A stretch of 64,000 nucleotides of DNA from Endomicrobiales bacterium (GTDB lineage Bacteria > Elusimicrobiota > Endomicrobiia > Endomicrobiales > JALOBY01), in the NCBI GenBank assembly GCA_963796955.1, contig CAWCNJ010000004.1:160001-224000 (forward strand). The letters run 5' to 3'. The notes under the pieces were generated by a model. The model was given only the letters and a program-made list of their open reading frames with translations, searched no databases and was not told the DNA's origin. This document shows positions 48,530 through 59,496 of the stretch, one piece after another (the stretch's first letter is position 1; each line of letters begins with the position of its first letter). The translations under genes were made by a program, and so were the position numbers.

Positions 48530-48716
48530 ATTACTTAAATCCCCGTGATGGCGGTTGTCACAGGGGAATCGGGCTTCCCCTCCGGGGACTTGGTCGCTGT
48601 CGTGCCTATGCGGCACGCCATGACGCTCGGTCGCCGCCCATCCGAATATCCAGTTTCGCTGGCCAAACAATGCAATTTCTTCACCCGACACCCCTGCGCC
48701 AACCTTGGTTTGGGTG

Positions 48717-49706
48717 TTAGGGAACTGGAACGCCGTCAAAAACCTGTTTGACAATATCGTCACTCGTCATATCTTCGGCTTCAGCTTCATACGTCATGAT
48801 AACTCTGTGTCGAAGAACGTCCGGGCCTATTGTCTTTACATCTTCCGGTGTTACGTAACCCCTGCCTTGCAGGAATGCATACGCTTTGGCTGCCTGCGCA
48901 AGATAGATCGTTGCTCTTGGCGAACCTCCGTAAGCTATTAACGGTTTCAGGTTCTCAAGGCCGAAGGAGGCCGGCTCGCGTGTCGCGAAAACTATGTCTA
49001 CGATGTAATTCTTAACTTTATCATCAGTATATATCTTGGCAACGGTGTGGCGAGCTCTCTTGATATCTTCAGGGCCGATAACAGGACTTACTTTGAGCAT
49101 GTCATCAGAGGTCATGCGCTCCAATATCATTTTTTCTTCATCGCGCTTCGGATACGTTATCTTCAGCTTCATCATAAAGCGGTCAACCTGCGCTTCAGGC
49201 AGCGGATATGTTCCTTCCTGCTCTATGGGGTTTTGCGTCGCCAGCACCAGGAATGGTTCTTCCAGAGGATACGTTGTATCGCCAATCGTTACCTGACGCT
49301 CCTGCATAGCTTCCAGCAGGGCGCTTTGCACTTTAGCCGGAGCACGGTTAATTTCGTCGGCAAGTATTATATTGCTGAAGACGGGCCCTTTTTTTACGGA
49401 GAATGAAGCCGAGGCCGGGTTATAAACCAGCGTACCCACAAGGTCCGCCGGCAAAAGGTCGGGGGTGAACTGTATGCGCTGGAATTTGGTTTTCATCGCC
49501 GATGCAAGCGTCTTAACCGCCAGCGTTTTTGCAAGGCCGGGCACGCCTTCCAGCAGTATGTGTCCGTTCGCCAGAATGCTTATCACCATGCGCTCCAGCA
49601 AATACTGCTGGCCCACGATCACCTTGCTCATCTCGTTCATCAGCTGAGCGGTGAAAACACTTTCCTGTTTTACCAGCTCGTTTATCTCTTTAATGTCCAT
49701 CGCCAT
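48717..49706 (-). CDS. moxR: MoxR family AAA+ ATPase
   Basis: LLEGVPGLAKT, RIQFTPDLLPAD, DEINRAPAKVQSALLEAM, LPEAQVDRF; GGAGG RBS. Confidence 0.95.
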   Translation of the reverse strand: MAMDIKEINELVKQESVFTAQLMNEMSKVIVGQQYLLERMVISILANGHILLEGVPGLAKTLAVKTLASAMKTKFQRIQFTPDLLPADLVGTLVYNPASASFSVKKGPVFSNIILADEINRAPAKVQSALLEAMQERQVTIGDTTYPLEEPFLVLATQNPIEQEGTYPLPEAQVDRFMMKLKITYPKRDEEKMILERMTSDDMLKVSPVIGPEDIKRARHTVAKIYTDDKVKNYIVDIVFATREPASFGLENLKPLIAYGGSPRATIYLAQAAKAYAFLQGRGYVTPEDVKTIGPDVLRHRVIMTYEAEAEDMTSDDIVKQVFDGVPVP

Positions 49707-49746
49707 ACCGTCCCTCCGGTTTTTACTTATATGCATTCTGTGCTTT

Positions 49747-49872
49747 CGGTTGGGCATCCGGTTTTTCGGCGAGTATTTTCAGAGTGTGTCGCTTCTCGAG
49801 GCCCTCGTCATGAAACGCAGTTTCAGAGGGCCGTTCTGAAAATATCGAGCCGGAAAACAGCATGCTCAACCG
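49747..49872. other. ~126-nt long imperfect hairpin (candidate structured RNA or leader)
   Basis: Nested inverted repeats cggttg.gcat/atgc.caaccg, ttttcggc/gccggaaa, tattttcaga/tctgaaaata, ggccctc/gagggcc, tgaaac/gtttca. Confidence 0.55.
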
Positions 49873-49912
49873 TTATACTATAATTTAAGACAAAAGTTTT
49901 TAAAAAAAAGTT

Positions 49913-51178
49913 TCACTGCCGTATCTGCCCTGTGCCATGCACGATGTATTTTGTAGTCGTAAGTTCTTTTACGCCCATGGTGCCGCGGGCGTGCAGTTTT
50001 TGCGTAGACGTCCCTATCTCGGCGCCAAGGCCGAAAACGCCGCCGTCGTGCATTCTGGTTGAGGCGTTGTGCAATACGGCCGCAGCGTCCACATCCCGCA
50101 GGAACTCGTCGGCAGCCGCCTGGTCGTTCGTTACTATGGCTTCGGAATGGCCGGAACCGTGCGCGTTTATGTGGTCAATGGCTTCTCTCAGCGAACCGAT
50201 TATTTTTGCCGAGACTATAAGGCCCAGATATTCTTCATCCCAGTCCTTGTCGGTCGCCAGCTTCACGTCCGGCACTATCTTTTTCGTCAGGGCGCAGCCG
50301 CGTACTTCAACGCCGGCATCGAAATATGATTTGCAAAGGTCAGGCATCAGTTTGTTGGCCACCGCTTCATGCACCAGCAGGGATTCCATGGCGTTACAAA
50401 CGCCGGGCCTCTGGCATTTCGCGTTCAAGGCAATGCTTTTTGCCATAGCAAGATCGGCATCTTTATCAATGTAGACGTGGCAAAGTCCTTTGCCGTGGGC
50501 AAGCACCGGAACGGTAGCGTTCTCGCGCACCGCCCGTATCATCTCTGCGCCGCCGCGCGGTATCACCAGGTCTACAAGGGAATCCAGCTTGATCAGATCC
50601 ATTATCGCCTGCCGGTCGGTCGTGGGAATAAATTGAATCGCGCCTTCGGGCATGCCGAACTTGTACCCGGCCTCGGTGATTATTTTCACCAGTATGTGAT
50701 TGGAGTTCACGGCTTCGGAGCCGCCGCGCAGTATTATCGCGTTGCCGGCTTTAAGGCACAGGCCCGCCGCGTCTACGGTCACATTCGGCCTTGATTCGTA
50801 GATCATCGCTATTACGCCAAGCGGCACGCGCACTTGCTGCACGTGAATGCCGGAGGGCGGGGTCCAGTCCTTTATTATCTCGCCTACCGGGTCTTCCTGC
50901 GCGGCTACTTCACGAAGGCCTCTCGCCACATCGTTGAGACGCGCTTCATTGAGCGTCAGGCGGTCGATCAGCGCCTCGCTCATGGATGATTCTTTCGCGG
51001 CTTCAACATCTATCTCATTTTGAAACAGTATCTCGTCTTTTTGTTTTATCAAAGCATCGGCCATGCCTTTAAGAATGGCGGCTTTCTTTTCCGATGAAAG
51101 AATACCCATGTGGCGGCTCGCCGCCTTGGCGTCGGATGCGATCTTGATTATCATTTGATGCAATTCTTTTGTATCCAT
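49913..51178 (-). CDS. proA: Glutamate-5-semialdehyde dehydrogenase
   Basis: RVPLGVIAMIYESRPNVT, LRGGSEA, VCNAMESLL, NASTR..DG…G.GAEIG.STQKLHARG. Confidence 0.96.
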   Translation of the reverse strand: MDTKELHQMIIKIASDAKAASRHMGILSSEKKAAILKGMADALIKQKDEILFQNEIDVEAAKESSMSEALIDRLTLNEARLNDVARGLREVAAQEDPVGEIIKDWTPPSGIHVQQVRVPLGVIAMIYESRPNVTVDAAGLCLKAGNAIILRGGSEAVNSNHILVKIITEAGYKFGMPEGAIQFIPTTDRQAIMDLIKLDSLVDLVIPRGGAEMIRAVRENATVPVLAHGKGLCHVYIDKDADLAMAKSIALNAKCQRPGVCNAMESLLVHEAVANKLMPDLCKSYFDAGVEVRGCALTKKIVPDVKLATDKDWDEEYLGLIVSAKIIGSLREAIDHINAHGSGHSEAIVTNDQAAADEFLRDVDAAAVLHNASTRMHDGGVFGLGAEIGTSTQKLHARGTMGVKELTTTKYIVHGTGQIRQ

Positions 51179-53091
51179 TAAGCCCCCTTGATCCAATTCA
51201 ATAATCCGCCTGCCAGTAATATTTCTTTCTGCCGCGGCGTCAGGTCGTATATCGCTTTTATTGTCTTAGAACCCGACTTAAGCAGCAGTTTGTTGTTCTT
51301 GGAACTAAAGGCGGCCGGCACATCTCCAAAATCCAGCGTATCGCCGACGGTTATTTTGTCGTAATCAGACTGCTCTTCAAAGGTCAGCGGCAAAATGCCG
51401 AAGTTTATCAGGTTCGCCAGATGTATGCGGGCAAATGATTTTACCAGTACCGCGCGTATACCCAGGTACCGGGGGGCAAGGGCGGCATGTTCGCGCGATG
51501 AACCCTGGCCGTAGTTCTCTCCGCCTACGATAACACCATTGCCGCCTTCCTTTGCCCGTTTCACGAAGTCCTTGTCCACTGCTGTAAAGCAGTATTCAGA
51601 GATCGCAGGTAAATTGGAGCGCAGCGGCAATATCTTCGCTCCTGCCGGCATTATGTGGTCGGTCGTAATATTGTCGCCAACTTTCAGCATGACCGTTGCC
51701 GACAGGTCTTTCTCCATTTTAGGGAACTTTGGCAGCGGCGCGATGTTCGGCCCGCGCAGCACCGCTATCTTCGCCGGTGTTTTTGAAGGCATTTGGAACA
51801 GCTTTTCATCCACAAGAAATGAAACGGGCAGTTTTACTACCGGTTTTTTGCCGAGTTTGTTCGGGTCCGTTATTTTTCCGGTCAGGGCGGCAGCGACCGC
51901 TACTTCCGGCGAGCAGAGGTACACTTGCGCGTTCTTCGTGCCGCTACGGCCTTCGAAGTTGCGGTTGAAGGTACGCAGGCTTACCGCGCCCGTTGAAGGA
52001 GCCTGACCCATGCCGATGCAGGGGCCGCAGGCATTCTCAAGGATACGCGCGCCCGCTGATATCATATCGGCAAGGGCGCCGTTGTCGGCAAGCATGGTGA
52101 CTACCTGTCGCGATCCCGGGGAGATAACCAGGCTTACCATCGGGTCTATCTTTTTGCCTTTAAGCACCTTGGCCACCAGCATCATGTCCGCAAGCGAACT
52201 GTTGGTGCATGAGCCAATGGCTACCTGCTGCACCGGCGTGCCCGCAACCTCGGAAACTTTCTTAACATTGTCGGGGCTGTGCGGCAAAGCTATAAGCGGC
52301 TTAAGAGTGTTAAGGTCGATATCAATGCGTTCGTCGTATGCGGCATTTTTATCGGCAGCCATGGCTGTAAAGTCTTTCGTTCGTTTTTGCATGGTCAGGA
52401 ATTTTTTCGTAGTGACGTCAGAGGGGAACAGGGTAGTTGTTGAACCCAGTTCGGTTCCAAGGTTTGTGATAGTTGCGCGTTCCGGAACGGAAAGAGTTGC
52501 TACGCCGGGCCCTGTAAATTCAAATATTTTTCCGCGCCCGCCTTTTACCGTTAAACGGCGCAGCAGTTCCAGCATAATATCTTTCGCGCTGGTCCAGCCC
52601 TGTAATTTTCCTGTTAAACGTACCTCAACGATGTTCGGCATAGTTATATAGAACGGCTGGCCGGCCATGGCGCATGCCACATCTAACCCGCCCGCTCCAA
52701 AGGCAAGCATGCCGATACCGCCGCCCGTGGGGGTGTGTGAATCCGAACCAATTAATGTTTTGCCCGGTACGCCGAAACGTTCCAGGTGCACCTGGTGGCA
52801 AATGCCGTTCCCGGCGGGGGAAAACCGGATGCCGTATTTGGCCGCGATGCTCTGCAAAAAGCGGTGGTCGTCGGCGTTCTCAAAACCGGATTGTAATGTA
52901 TTATGGTCAACGTAGCTGACGGAAAGTTCAGTTTTAACTTTTGGTATACCCATAGCCTCGAACTGCAAATAGGCCATCGTCCCGGTAGCGTCCTGCGTAA
53001 GCGTCTGGTCAATTTTCAAACCGATCTCGCTGCCAACGTTCATTTCGCCGCTTACCAGGTGCGCTTTAAGTATTTTCTGAGCCAAATTCAT
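51178..53091 (-). CDS. Aconitate hydratase (~640-aa type)
   Basis: QDATGT, DHN, GICHQVH, DSHT, GSCTNS, CGPCIG, NRNFEGR, TTDHI, NYGQGSSREHA. Confidence 0.93.
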   Translation of the reverse strand: MNLAQKILKAHLVSGEMNVGSEIGLKIDQTLTQDATGTMAYLQFEAMGIPKVKTELSVSYVDHNTLQSGFENADDHRFLQSIAAKYGIRFSPAGNGICHQVHLERFGVPGKTLIGSDSHTPTGGGIGMLAFGAGGLDVACAMAGQPFYITMPNIVEVRLTGKLQGWTSAKDIMLELLRRLTVKGGRGKIFEFTGPGVATLSVPERATITNLGTELGSTTTLFPSDVTTKKFLTMQKRTKDFTAMAADKNAAYDERIDIDLNTLKPLIALPHSPDNVKKVSEVAGTPVQQVAIGSCTNSSLADMMLVAKVLKGKKIDPMVSLVISPGSRQVVTMLADNGALADMISAGARILENACGPCIGMGQAPSTGAVSLRTFNRNFEGRSGTKNAQVYLCSPEVAVAAALTGKITDPNKLGKKPVVKLPVSFLVDEKLFQMPSKTPAKIAVLRGPNIAPLPKFPKMEKDLSATVMLKVGDNITTDHIMPAGAKILPLRSNLPAISEYCFTAVDKDFVKRAKEGGNGVIVGGENYGQGSSREHAALAPRYLGIRAVLVKSFARIHLANLINFGILPLTFEEQSDYDKITVGDTLDFGDVPAAFSSKNNKLLLKSGSKTIKAIYDLTPRQKEILLAGGLLNWIKGA

Positions 53092-53134
53092 CCAATTCTC
53101 CTGTGCTTGTCTTATAGTAGGCGCGTTAATTATA

Positions 53135-55727
53135 TCATTTTTGCTTAGTTGAGAATACCATCTGGTTTTCTCTTACGTCGGCGACAACGGTTGAGCCTTC
53201 TTTGATATCGCCTGAAAGCAGTTTTTGGGATAGCGGGTCCAGTAAACTGCGCTGCAGGGCTCTTTTGAGCGGGCGGGCGCCGTATACCGGATCATAACCC
53301 TCTTTTGCCAGAAAGTTATGGGCGTTCTTTGTAAGTTCCAGATGTATCTTTTTGTGGTCAAGCCTGGTTTGCACCAGCGCCAGCTGTATGTCTATAATGT
53401 GCTGTAATTGTTCGGCGCCAAGGCGGCCGAAGATAACTTATATCATCGATCCTGTTCAGAAATTCCGGTTTGAATTGCGCCTGCAATGCCGCCATGACCT
53501 GTTTTCTCATCTCTTCCGGTTTTGTGGTTTCCAGAATATATGATGAACCGACGTTGGAGGTCATGATAATAACGGTGTTCTTAAAATCAACGGTGCGACC
53601 CTGGCTGTCGGTAAGCCTGCCTTCCTCAAGAATCTGAAGGAAAATATTAAAGACATCGGGGTGAGCTTTTTCTACTTCATCAAAAAGCAGCACGGCGTAG
53701 GGGCGGCGGCGCACGGCCTCCGTTAACTGGCCGCCTTCCTCAAAGCCGACATAGCCCGGGGGCGCGCCGATAAGGCGGGCGACGGCGTGCTTTTCCATAT
53801 ACTCGCTCATGTCGATGCGCACCAGGTTCTTTTCATCGTCGAAAAGGAATTGTGCCAGCGCCTTGGCGAGTTCTGTTTTACCGACACCGGTGGGGCCCAT
53901 AAATATGAATGAACCGATAGGCCGGTTCGGATCGGAAAGGCCCGAGCGGGACCTTCGCACCGCGTTGGCCACGGCATTTATCGCTTCCTCCTGGCCGACA
54001 ACACGCTCTCTCAGTCGTTCTTCCATCTTAAGCAGCTTAGCCGTCTCGCCTTCCATCATGCGCGACAGCGGTATTCCTGTCCACTTACTTACAACTTCCG
54101 CTATATCCTCGTCGGAAACCTCTTCTTTAAGCATGCGGGTATCTTTTTGAAGGGTCTCGAGTTTTGTATTAGCATCGTCCATGGCTTTTTGGGCCTGCGG
54201 TATTTTGCCGTAGCGGATCTCAGAAACAGCGTTAAGGTCTCCGCCACGCTCGGCTTTCTGTTCTTCAAGCTTCAGGTTTTCCAGCTCTCCTTTCATCTTC
54301 CTTATTTTGCCTATGGCCTCTTTTTCTTTAAGCCAGTGTTTTTTCATCACGGCGGAGCGATCTGTTAAGCCTTTCAGCTCGTCTTCTATTTTTGCAAGGC
54401 GTTCTTTTGAGATCGCGTCCGATTCTTTTTTCACGGCCTGGCGCTCTATCTCCAGCTGCATTATCTTGCGTTCCACTTCGTCCAGCTCCAGCGGCATGGA
54501 GTCTATCTCTATGCGCAGGCGGCTGGCGGCCTCGTCGATAAGATCAATAGCCTTGTCCGGCAGGAACCGGTCTGCGATATAGCGGTGGCTCAGGGTTGCT
54601 GCGGCTACCAGCGCAGAATCTTTAATGCGCACGCCGTGATGGACCTCGTAGCGTTCCTTCAAGCCGCGCAATATCGCTATGGTGTCGTTCACCGTCGGTT
54701 CGCCGACGTATATAGTCTGGAATCTGCGTTCAAGTGCCGCGTCTTTCTCAATGTGTTTGTGGTATTCATCAAGCGTGGTCGCGCCCACCATGCGCAGTTC
54801 GCCGCGCGCCAGCATGGGCTTAAGCATATTGGCGGCATCTACCGCGCCTTCGGCGGCGCCAGCCCCCACGATAGTGTGCAGTTCGTCGATGAAAAGTATT
54901 ATACTGCCGCCGGCCGCCTGTATTTCTTTTAACACCGCTTTAAGACGATCTTCAAATTCGCCGCGGTATTTGGCGCCGGCTACCAGCGCTCCCATATCCA
55001 GAGAGATAACTTTCTTATCTTTAAGCGTTTCCGGAATATCACCCGATATTATCCGTTGCGCAAGGCCTTCAACGATCGCTGTTTTGCCGACGCCCGGCTC
55101 GCCTATCAGCACCGGGTTGTTCTTGGTCCGGCGGCTGAGCACCTGAATAGTACGCCGTATTTCATCGTCGCGGCCGATGACCGGGTCAAGCTTGCCTTTG
55201 CGGGCAAGGTCGGTAAGGTCGCGGCTGTATTTTTCTATAGCCTGATATTTCTGTTCCGCATTCTGGTCGGTAATACGCTGGCTGCCGCGAATTTCCTGCA
55301 GCGCCTCCAGCACCGCCTGCTTAGTTATGCCGGCCTGTTTTAAAATGGCGGCCGCGTACGTAGTGCCTTCTTCTATAATGCCCAGCAGCAGGTGCTCGGT
55401 GGCAACGAACTCATCCTTCAGCTCCGTCGCTTCTTTTTGTGCCTGGGAAAAAATAGTGTTGGTGGTGTTCGAAACATAGAACTGGCCGCCGCTGACCGTT
55501 GCCCGTTTAGCAAGGTCCTGCTGCAGCAACGCGGTAAGTTTTTCCGGTGTCTGCGGGGAGAGGGTGGGTATCTTTCCCAGCAGCGGGGCCACGACGCCCT
55601 CATCCTGTTTCAGCAGCGCACTGAGTAGATGTTCCGCCGTAAGTTCCTGGTGGTGGTAACCTCCGGCGATATCCTGGGCTTCGGCAATGGCTTCCTGGGC
55701 CTTTATGGTGAATTTATTGAGGTTCAT
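53135..55727 (-). CDS. clpB: ATP-dependent chaperone ClpB (apparent +1 frameshift at ~53438)
   Basis: Two AAA modules ([16 protein letters not shown]), long middle coiled-coil domain; C-terminal [13 protein letters not shown] in a second frame. Confidence 0.93.
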
Positions 55728-55824
55728 AATATTCTCCGTCACTAAAATGTTATAATTGGCACTCACATACCACGAGTGCTATTTTAGCACAGCAGCTCTA
55801 TTTTGTCAAGAGTTCGGCAGGGGT

Positions 55825-56574
55825 TCAGGAAGGTTTTACAGGGATGACAAGGGCGGTATATTTTTTTACCAGGTCTATCAGCGTGCCCGGATCAAAGGGT
55901 TTTTGAAGACAGAGATAGCCGCCTTTGTTGACTATGTTGGCGGTATTCTGGTCGCTCTCTGCGCCATTCATCATGACGACGCTGGTGTCAGGATTGATAT
56001 TTTTGATCTGCTGGTAAAGTTCCAGGCCGTTGACATCCGGCAGCTTCATGTTCAGCAATATAACTTTGTATTGGTCGCCTTTCATTTCATTAATAGCCTG
56101 CGCGCCAGTCGGCGCGGTTTTCACCGCGAACCCGTTGCCCCCGAGTATCTTCGACAATGATTCGGCGAAGCGCACATCGTCATCAACTATTAAAATAGCA
56201 TTTTTGTTCTTCAGGTTCTTTATGGTCTCTATAATGTTCTCAATGTTTACCGGTTTGCTCATGCAGGCATAGGCGCCTTCACGCAGCGCTTTTTTGATCA
56301 ACTCTTCTTCGGCGAACGCGGTCATCATGAAAACTACGGTTGTGGGGCTGGATTGTTTTATATGCATGAACAGATCAACGCCGTTCATTCCCGGCATGCG
56401 GATGTCAAGAAATGCGATATTGAAGGTTGTCGTTTTGGCTGCCTCTACCGCCTTCAGGGGATCACCAAAACTGGTAACGGTATAGCCTTCCATCTCGAAG
56501 ATGCCCGCCATCGTCTCGCGCATGGATTCCTGATCATCTACCACCAGAATGTGTATGGAGCTGTTGTCGGTCAT
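55825..56574 (-). CDS. Tandem receiver-domain response regulator
   Basis: REC1 VVDD…LDIRMP…T…KP; REC2 IVDDD…LNMKLP…KPF; no output domain. Confidence 0.88.
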   Translation of the reverse strand: MTDNSSIHILVVDDQESMRETMAGIFEMEGYTVTSFGDPLKAVEAAKTTTFNIAFLDIRMPGMNGVDLFMHIKQSSPTTVVFMMTAFAEEELIKKALREGAYACMSKPVNIENIIETIKNLKNKNAILIVDDDVRFAESLSKILGGNGFAVKTAPTGAQAINEMKGDQYKVILLNMKLPDVNGLELYQQIKNINPDTSVVMMNGAESDQNTANIVNKGGYLCLQKPFDPGTLIDLVKKYTALVIPVKPS

Positions 56575-56595
56575 GTGGTTCCTCGCAGGGCAAAA

Positions 56596-57309
56596 TTATG
56601 GGAGCGTTTCCTCGAACTCTTTTTCTACCGCCTCTTTCTGATCTGCCAGCGGGTCCGTCGAATTTTTTATGCCGTCGCACGATTCCAGCAGGGCGACGCG
56701 CTTTTCCAGTTCCTTCTGTTCCTTCAGGACCAGCCGTATCGCATCGGCCACAGGGTCGGGCAGGTTCGCGTGCTGCAACAGGTCTGACCCTTTGACGTTA
56801 TTCTTAATGCCAACCCGGGCCGGTATGCCGACGGCAGTTGAGTGCGGCGGCACGTTATGCAACACGACCGAGCCCGCCCCGACTTTTGAATGTTCGCCCA
56901 GCGTTATCGCGCCCAGCACCACCGCGTTCGTGCCCACGATAACATGGTCGCCCAGCGTCGGGTGGCGTTTTTTCTTTTCGGACGATGTTCCGCCAAGGAC
57001 CACGCCTTTGTAGAGCAGCACATCATCGCCTATTTCCGCTGTCTCGCCGATAACCACGCCCATGCCGTGATCAATAAAGAACCTGCGCCCGATAGTGGCG
57101 CCCGGGTGTATCTCTATACCGGTTAAAAAACGGCCCAGATGCGAGACCATTCTTGCTAACAAAAAAAGTTTTTTCCCATAGAGCCAGTGCGCTATACGGT
57201 GTGCCCACAAGGCATGAAGCCCCGGGTAGCAGGTCAGCACTTCTAAATAGGAGCGTGCCGCCGGATCTCTATGGAACACATTATTAATATCTTCAATTAT
57301 ATTCAGCAT
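56596..57309 (-). CDS. cysE: Serine O-acetyltransferase
   Basis: [41 protein letters not shown]. Confidence 0.95.
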   Translation of the reverse strand: MLNIIEDINNVFHRDPAARSYLEVLTCYPGLHALWAHRIAHWLYGKKLFLLARMVSHLGRFLTGIEIHPGATIGRRFFIDHGMGVVIGETAEIGDDVLLYKGVVLGGTSSEKKKRHPTLGDHVIVGTNAVVLGAITLGEHSKVGAGSVVLHNVPPHSTAVGIPARVGIKNNVKGSDLLQHANLPDPVADAIRLVLKEQKELEKRVALLESCDGIKNSTDPLADQKEAVEKEFEETLP

Positions 57310-57391
57310 ACCCAGAGTTTAATACATATTAACTATATTTTCAACAGGTGCTATTGCGTTATGGGATAAAAGTTGCTATATTCCTTCTAAT

Positions 57392-59410
57392 ATGGTTAAC
57401 CAAGACGACAGTTGCGGCATAAAGAGCTCGCGTTTTGCGCGGCTGAAAGATCTGATAATCGGCAAGTCCCATAATCCGTACGACTCTTCTCTGTACGAGA
57501 AACTCTCCCTTATCGCCTTCTTTGCCTGGGTAGGTCTTGGCGCCGACGGCCTGTCCTCGTGTTGTTACGGCCCCTCCGAAGCTTTCGCGGCGCTCGGCAG
57601 CCATATCTATTTAAGCATATTCGTCGCACTAGGTTCCGCCGTTACTATCCTGGTCATCTCTGCCAGCTATTCCCAGATCATTGAGCTTTTTCCCCATGGC
57701 GGCGGCGGTTATGTGGTTGCCAGTAAGCTGCTGACCCCGGAGCTCGGCATGATCTCCGGCTGCGCCCTGATGATAGACTACGTACTTACGATCACGGTTT
57801 CCATTGCCAGCGGCGCCGACGCTATTTTCAGTTTTCTGCCCATGTGGATGCTTTCGATAAAAATGGAATTCGCCATCTGCATACTGCTGGTGTTGATAGT
57901 GCTTAATCTGCGCGGTGTCAAAGAATCGGTTTTACCGCTGGTGCCCATATTCCTTACTTTTATCGCGGCGCATGTGTTCATCGTAATTTACGCGCTCTTC
58001 ACCCACGCCGGTTCGTCGGTCGCTATTACCCATTCTATTGCTAATGATATCCGCGTCTCCCACTCGCAAATAGGTTTATGGGGAATGTTCATAATCCTGC
58101 TGCGTTCCTACAGCATGGGCGCGGGAACCTATACCGGTATAGAGGCCGTCAGCAACGGCATGCCGGCGCTGAGGGAACCGCGTGTTAAGACCGCCAAACG
58201 CACTATGCAGTATATGGCATTTTCTCTCACGTTCATGGTGTTGGGCTTGATGCTTGCCTACCTGTTCTACAATGTAAGCCCTCAGGTAGGAAAGACCCTG
58301 AATGCCGTCTTGTTCGAAAAAGTAACTACCGGCTGGGGCGGGTGGGGGCGAACCCTGGTGCTGGTCGCCCTTATTTCAGAGGCGGTTCTTCTTTTTGTCG
58401 CCGCGCAGACGGGTTTTTTAGGCGGGCCCATGGTGTTGTCCAGTATGTCTTTGGACCGCTGGTTCCCTACCAGGTTCGCCATGTTGTCCGATCGTTTTGT
58501 CAATCAAAACGGGGTGATAATTATGGGCCTTGCGGCCCTGGTGGTGCTGGTGGCAACCCGCGGCTCGGTTACCTTTCTGGTGGTTCTCTACTCCATCAAT
58601 GTGTTCATCACGTTCTCGCTCTCACAACTGGGTATGGTGCGGCATTGGTGGTCCGTGCGGTCTAAAGAGAAAGGTTGGAAAAAGCGCATTATCATCAACG
58701 GCGTCGGCTTGCTGATGACAACCTTCATACTGATATCCATGGTCGTGATAAAATTTGACGAAGGCGGCTGGATAACCCTGCTTATTACCGGCGCCTTGAT
58801 AGGTATCTCGGTTTTTATAAAGAACCATTATTTCAAGACCGCCAAGCTGCTGCGCCGTCTCAATTCGCTGGTGACGGCGGTCGGACCCATACCGGGCACG
58901 AATGCGGAAGGGGACGTAACCGAGATCCCGCAGCCCAAAAGTGAATTTGACGCCAATTCTAAAACGGCCATCCTGCTGGTCAGCGGTTTTAACGGCTTGG
59001 GGCTGCATACGTTGTTCGCGCTGATCAGGCTTTTCGGTGCAACCTTCAAGAACATCATCTTCGTACAAGTCGGTGTTATAGATTCCGGCAATTTTAAGGG
59101 CGAAGAAGAGGTGTGCCGCCTTGAACAGGAAGTCAACGACGACATTGCAAAATATGTTAATTACTGCCGCTCGCAGGGCTTTCTTTCCGACGGTATAGCG
59201 CTGATAGGGACGGGTGTTGCCGACGAGGTAGATAAACTCATGCCGCGCATACAGGAACAATTCCCCAACGCGGTATTTTTCGGCGGCCAGCTGGTGTTCC
59301 CGGAAGAAACCTACATTACCCGCTTGTTGCATAACTATACGGTTTTCGCTTTGCAGAGAAAGTTTTACGCGCAGGGCATACCGTTCGTGATGCTGCCCAT
59401 ACGTGTCTGA
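57392..59410 (+). CDS. APC-family transporter, KimA/YdaO-like
   Basis: ADGLSS..YGP, FPHGGGGYVV, DYVLT..VS, NLRGVKES, TGIEAVSNG, ~12 TMs plus cytosolic C-terminal domain. Confidence 0.85.
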   Translation: MVNQDDSCGIKSSRFARLKDLIIGKSHNPYDSSLYEKLSLIAFFAWVGLGADGLSSCCYGPSEAFAALGSHIYLSIFVALGSAVTILVISASYSQIIELFPHGGGGYVVASKLLTPELGMISGCALMIDYVLTITVSIASGADAIFSFLPMWMLSIKMEFAICILLVLIVLNLRGVKESVLPLVPIFLTFIAAHVFIVIYALFTHAGSSVAITHSIANDIRVSHSQIGLWGMFIILLRSYSMGAGTYTGIEAVSNGMPALREPRVKTAKRTMQYMAFSLTFMVLGLMLAYLFYNVSPQVGKTLNAVLFEKVTTGWGGWGRTLVLVALISEAVLLFVAAQTGFLGGPMVLSSMSLDRWFPTRFAMLSDRFVNQNGVIIMGLAALVVLVATRGSVTFLVVLYSINVFITFSLSQLGMVRHWWSVRSKEKGWKKRIIINGVGLLMTTFILISMVVIKFDEGGWITLLITGALIGISVFIKNHYFKTAKLLRRLNSLVTAVGPIPGTNAEGDVTEIPQPKSEFDANSKTAILLVSGFNGLGLHTLFALIRLFGATFKNIIFVQVGVIDSGNFKGEEEVCRLEQEVNDDIAKYVNYCRSQGFLSDGIALIGTGVADEVDKLMPRIQEQFPNAVFFGGQLVFPEETYITRLLHNYTVFALQRKFYAQGIPFVMLPIRV

Positions 59411-59496
59411 TCTTTACACAAAACCGTTGTAAATTCAGTGTTAAGTGGTATAATACTAGTGTTCGATGCCAGTGTCCCATGCAGAGGAGACCGATC

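Noticed and set aside
48530..48763. 78-aa N-terminal extension of DUF58 from the ORF track
   Set aside because: Family-typical start is MIPKEIL at 48529; the extension crosses a structured spacer and overlaps moxR
41422..49706. moxR-DUF58-bat cluster as a novel system
   Set aside because: Already a well-known conserved operon (Bacteroides aerotolerance type)
53135..55727. clpB as a pseudogene
   Set aside because: Only one indel and otherwise intact motifs; sequencing error is more parsimonious
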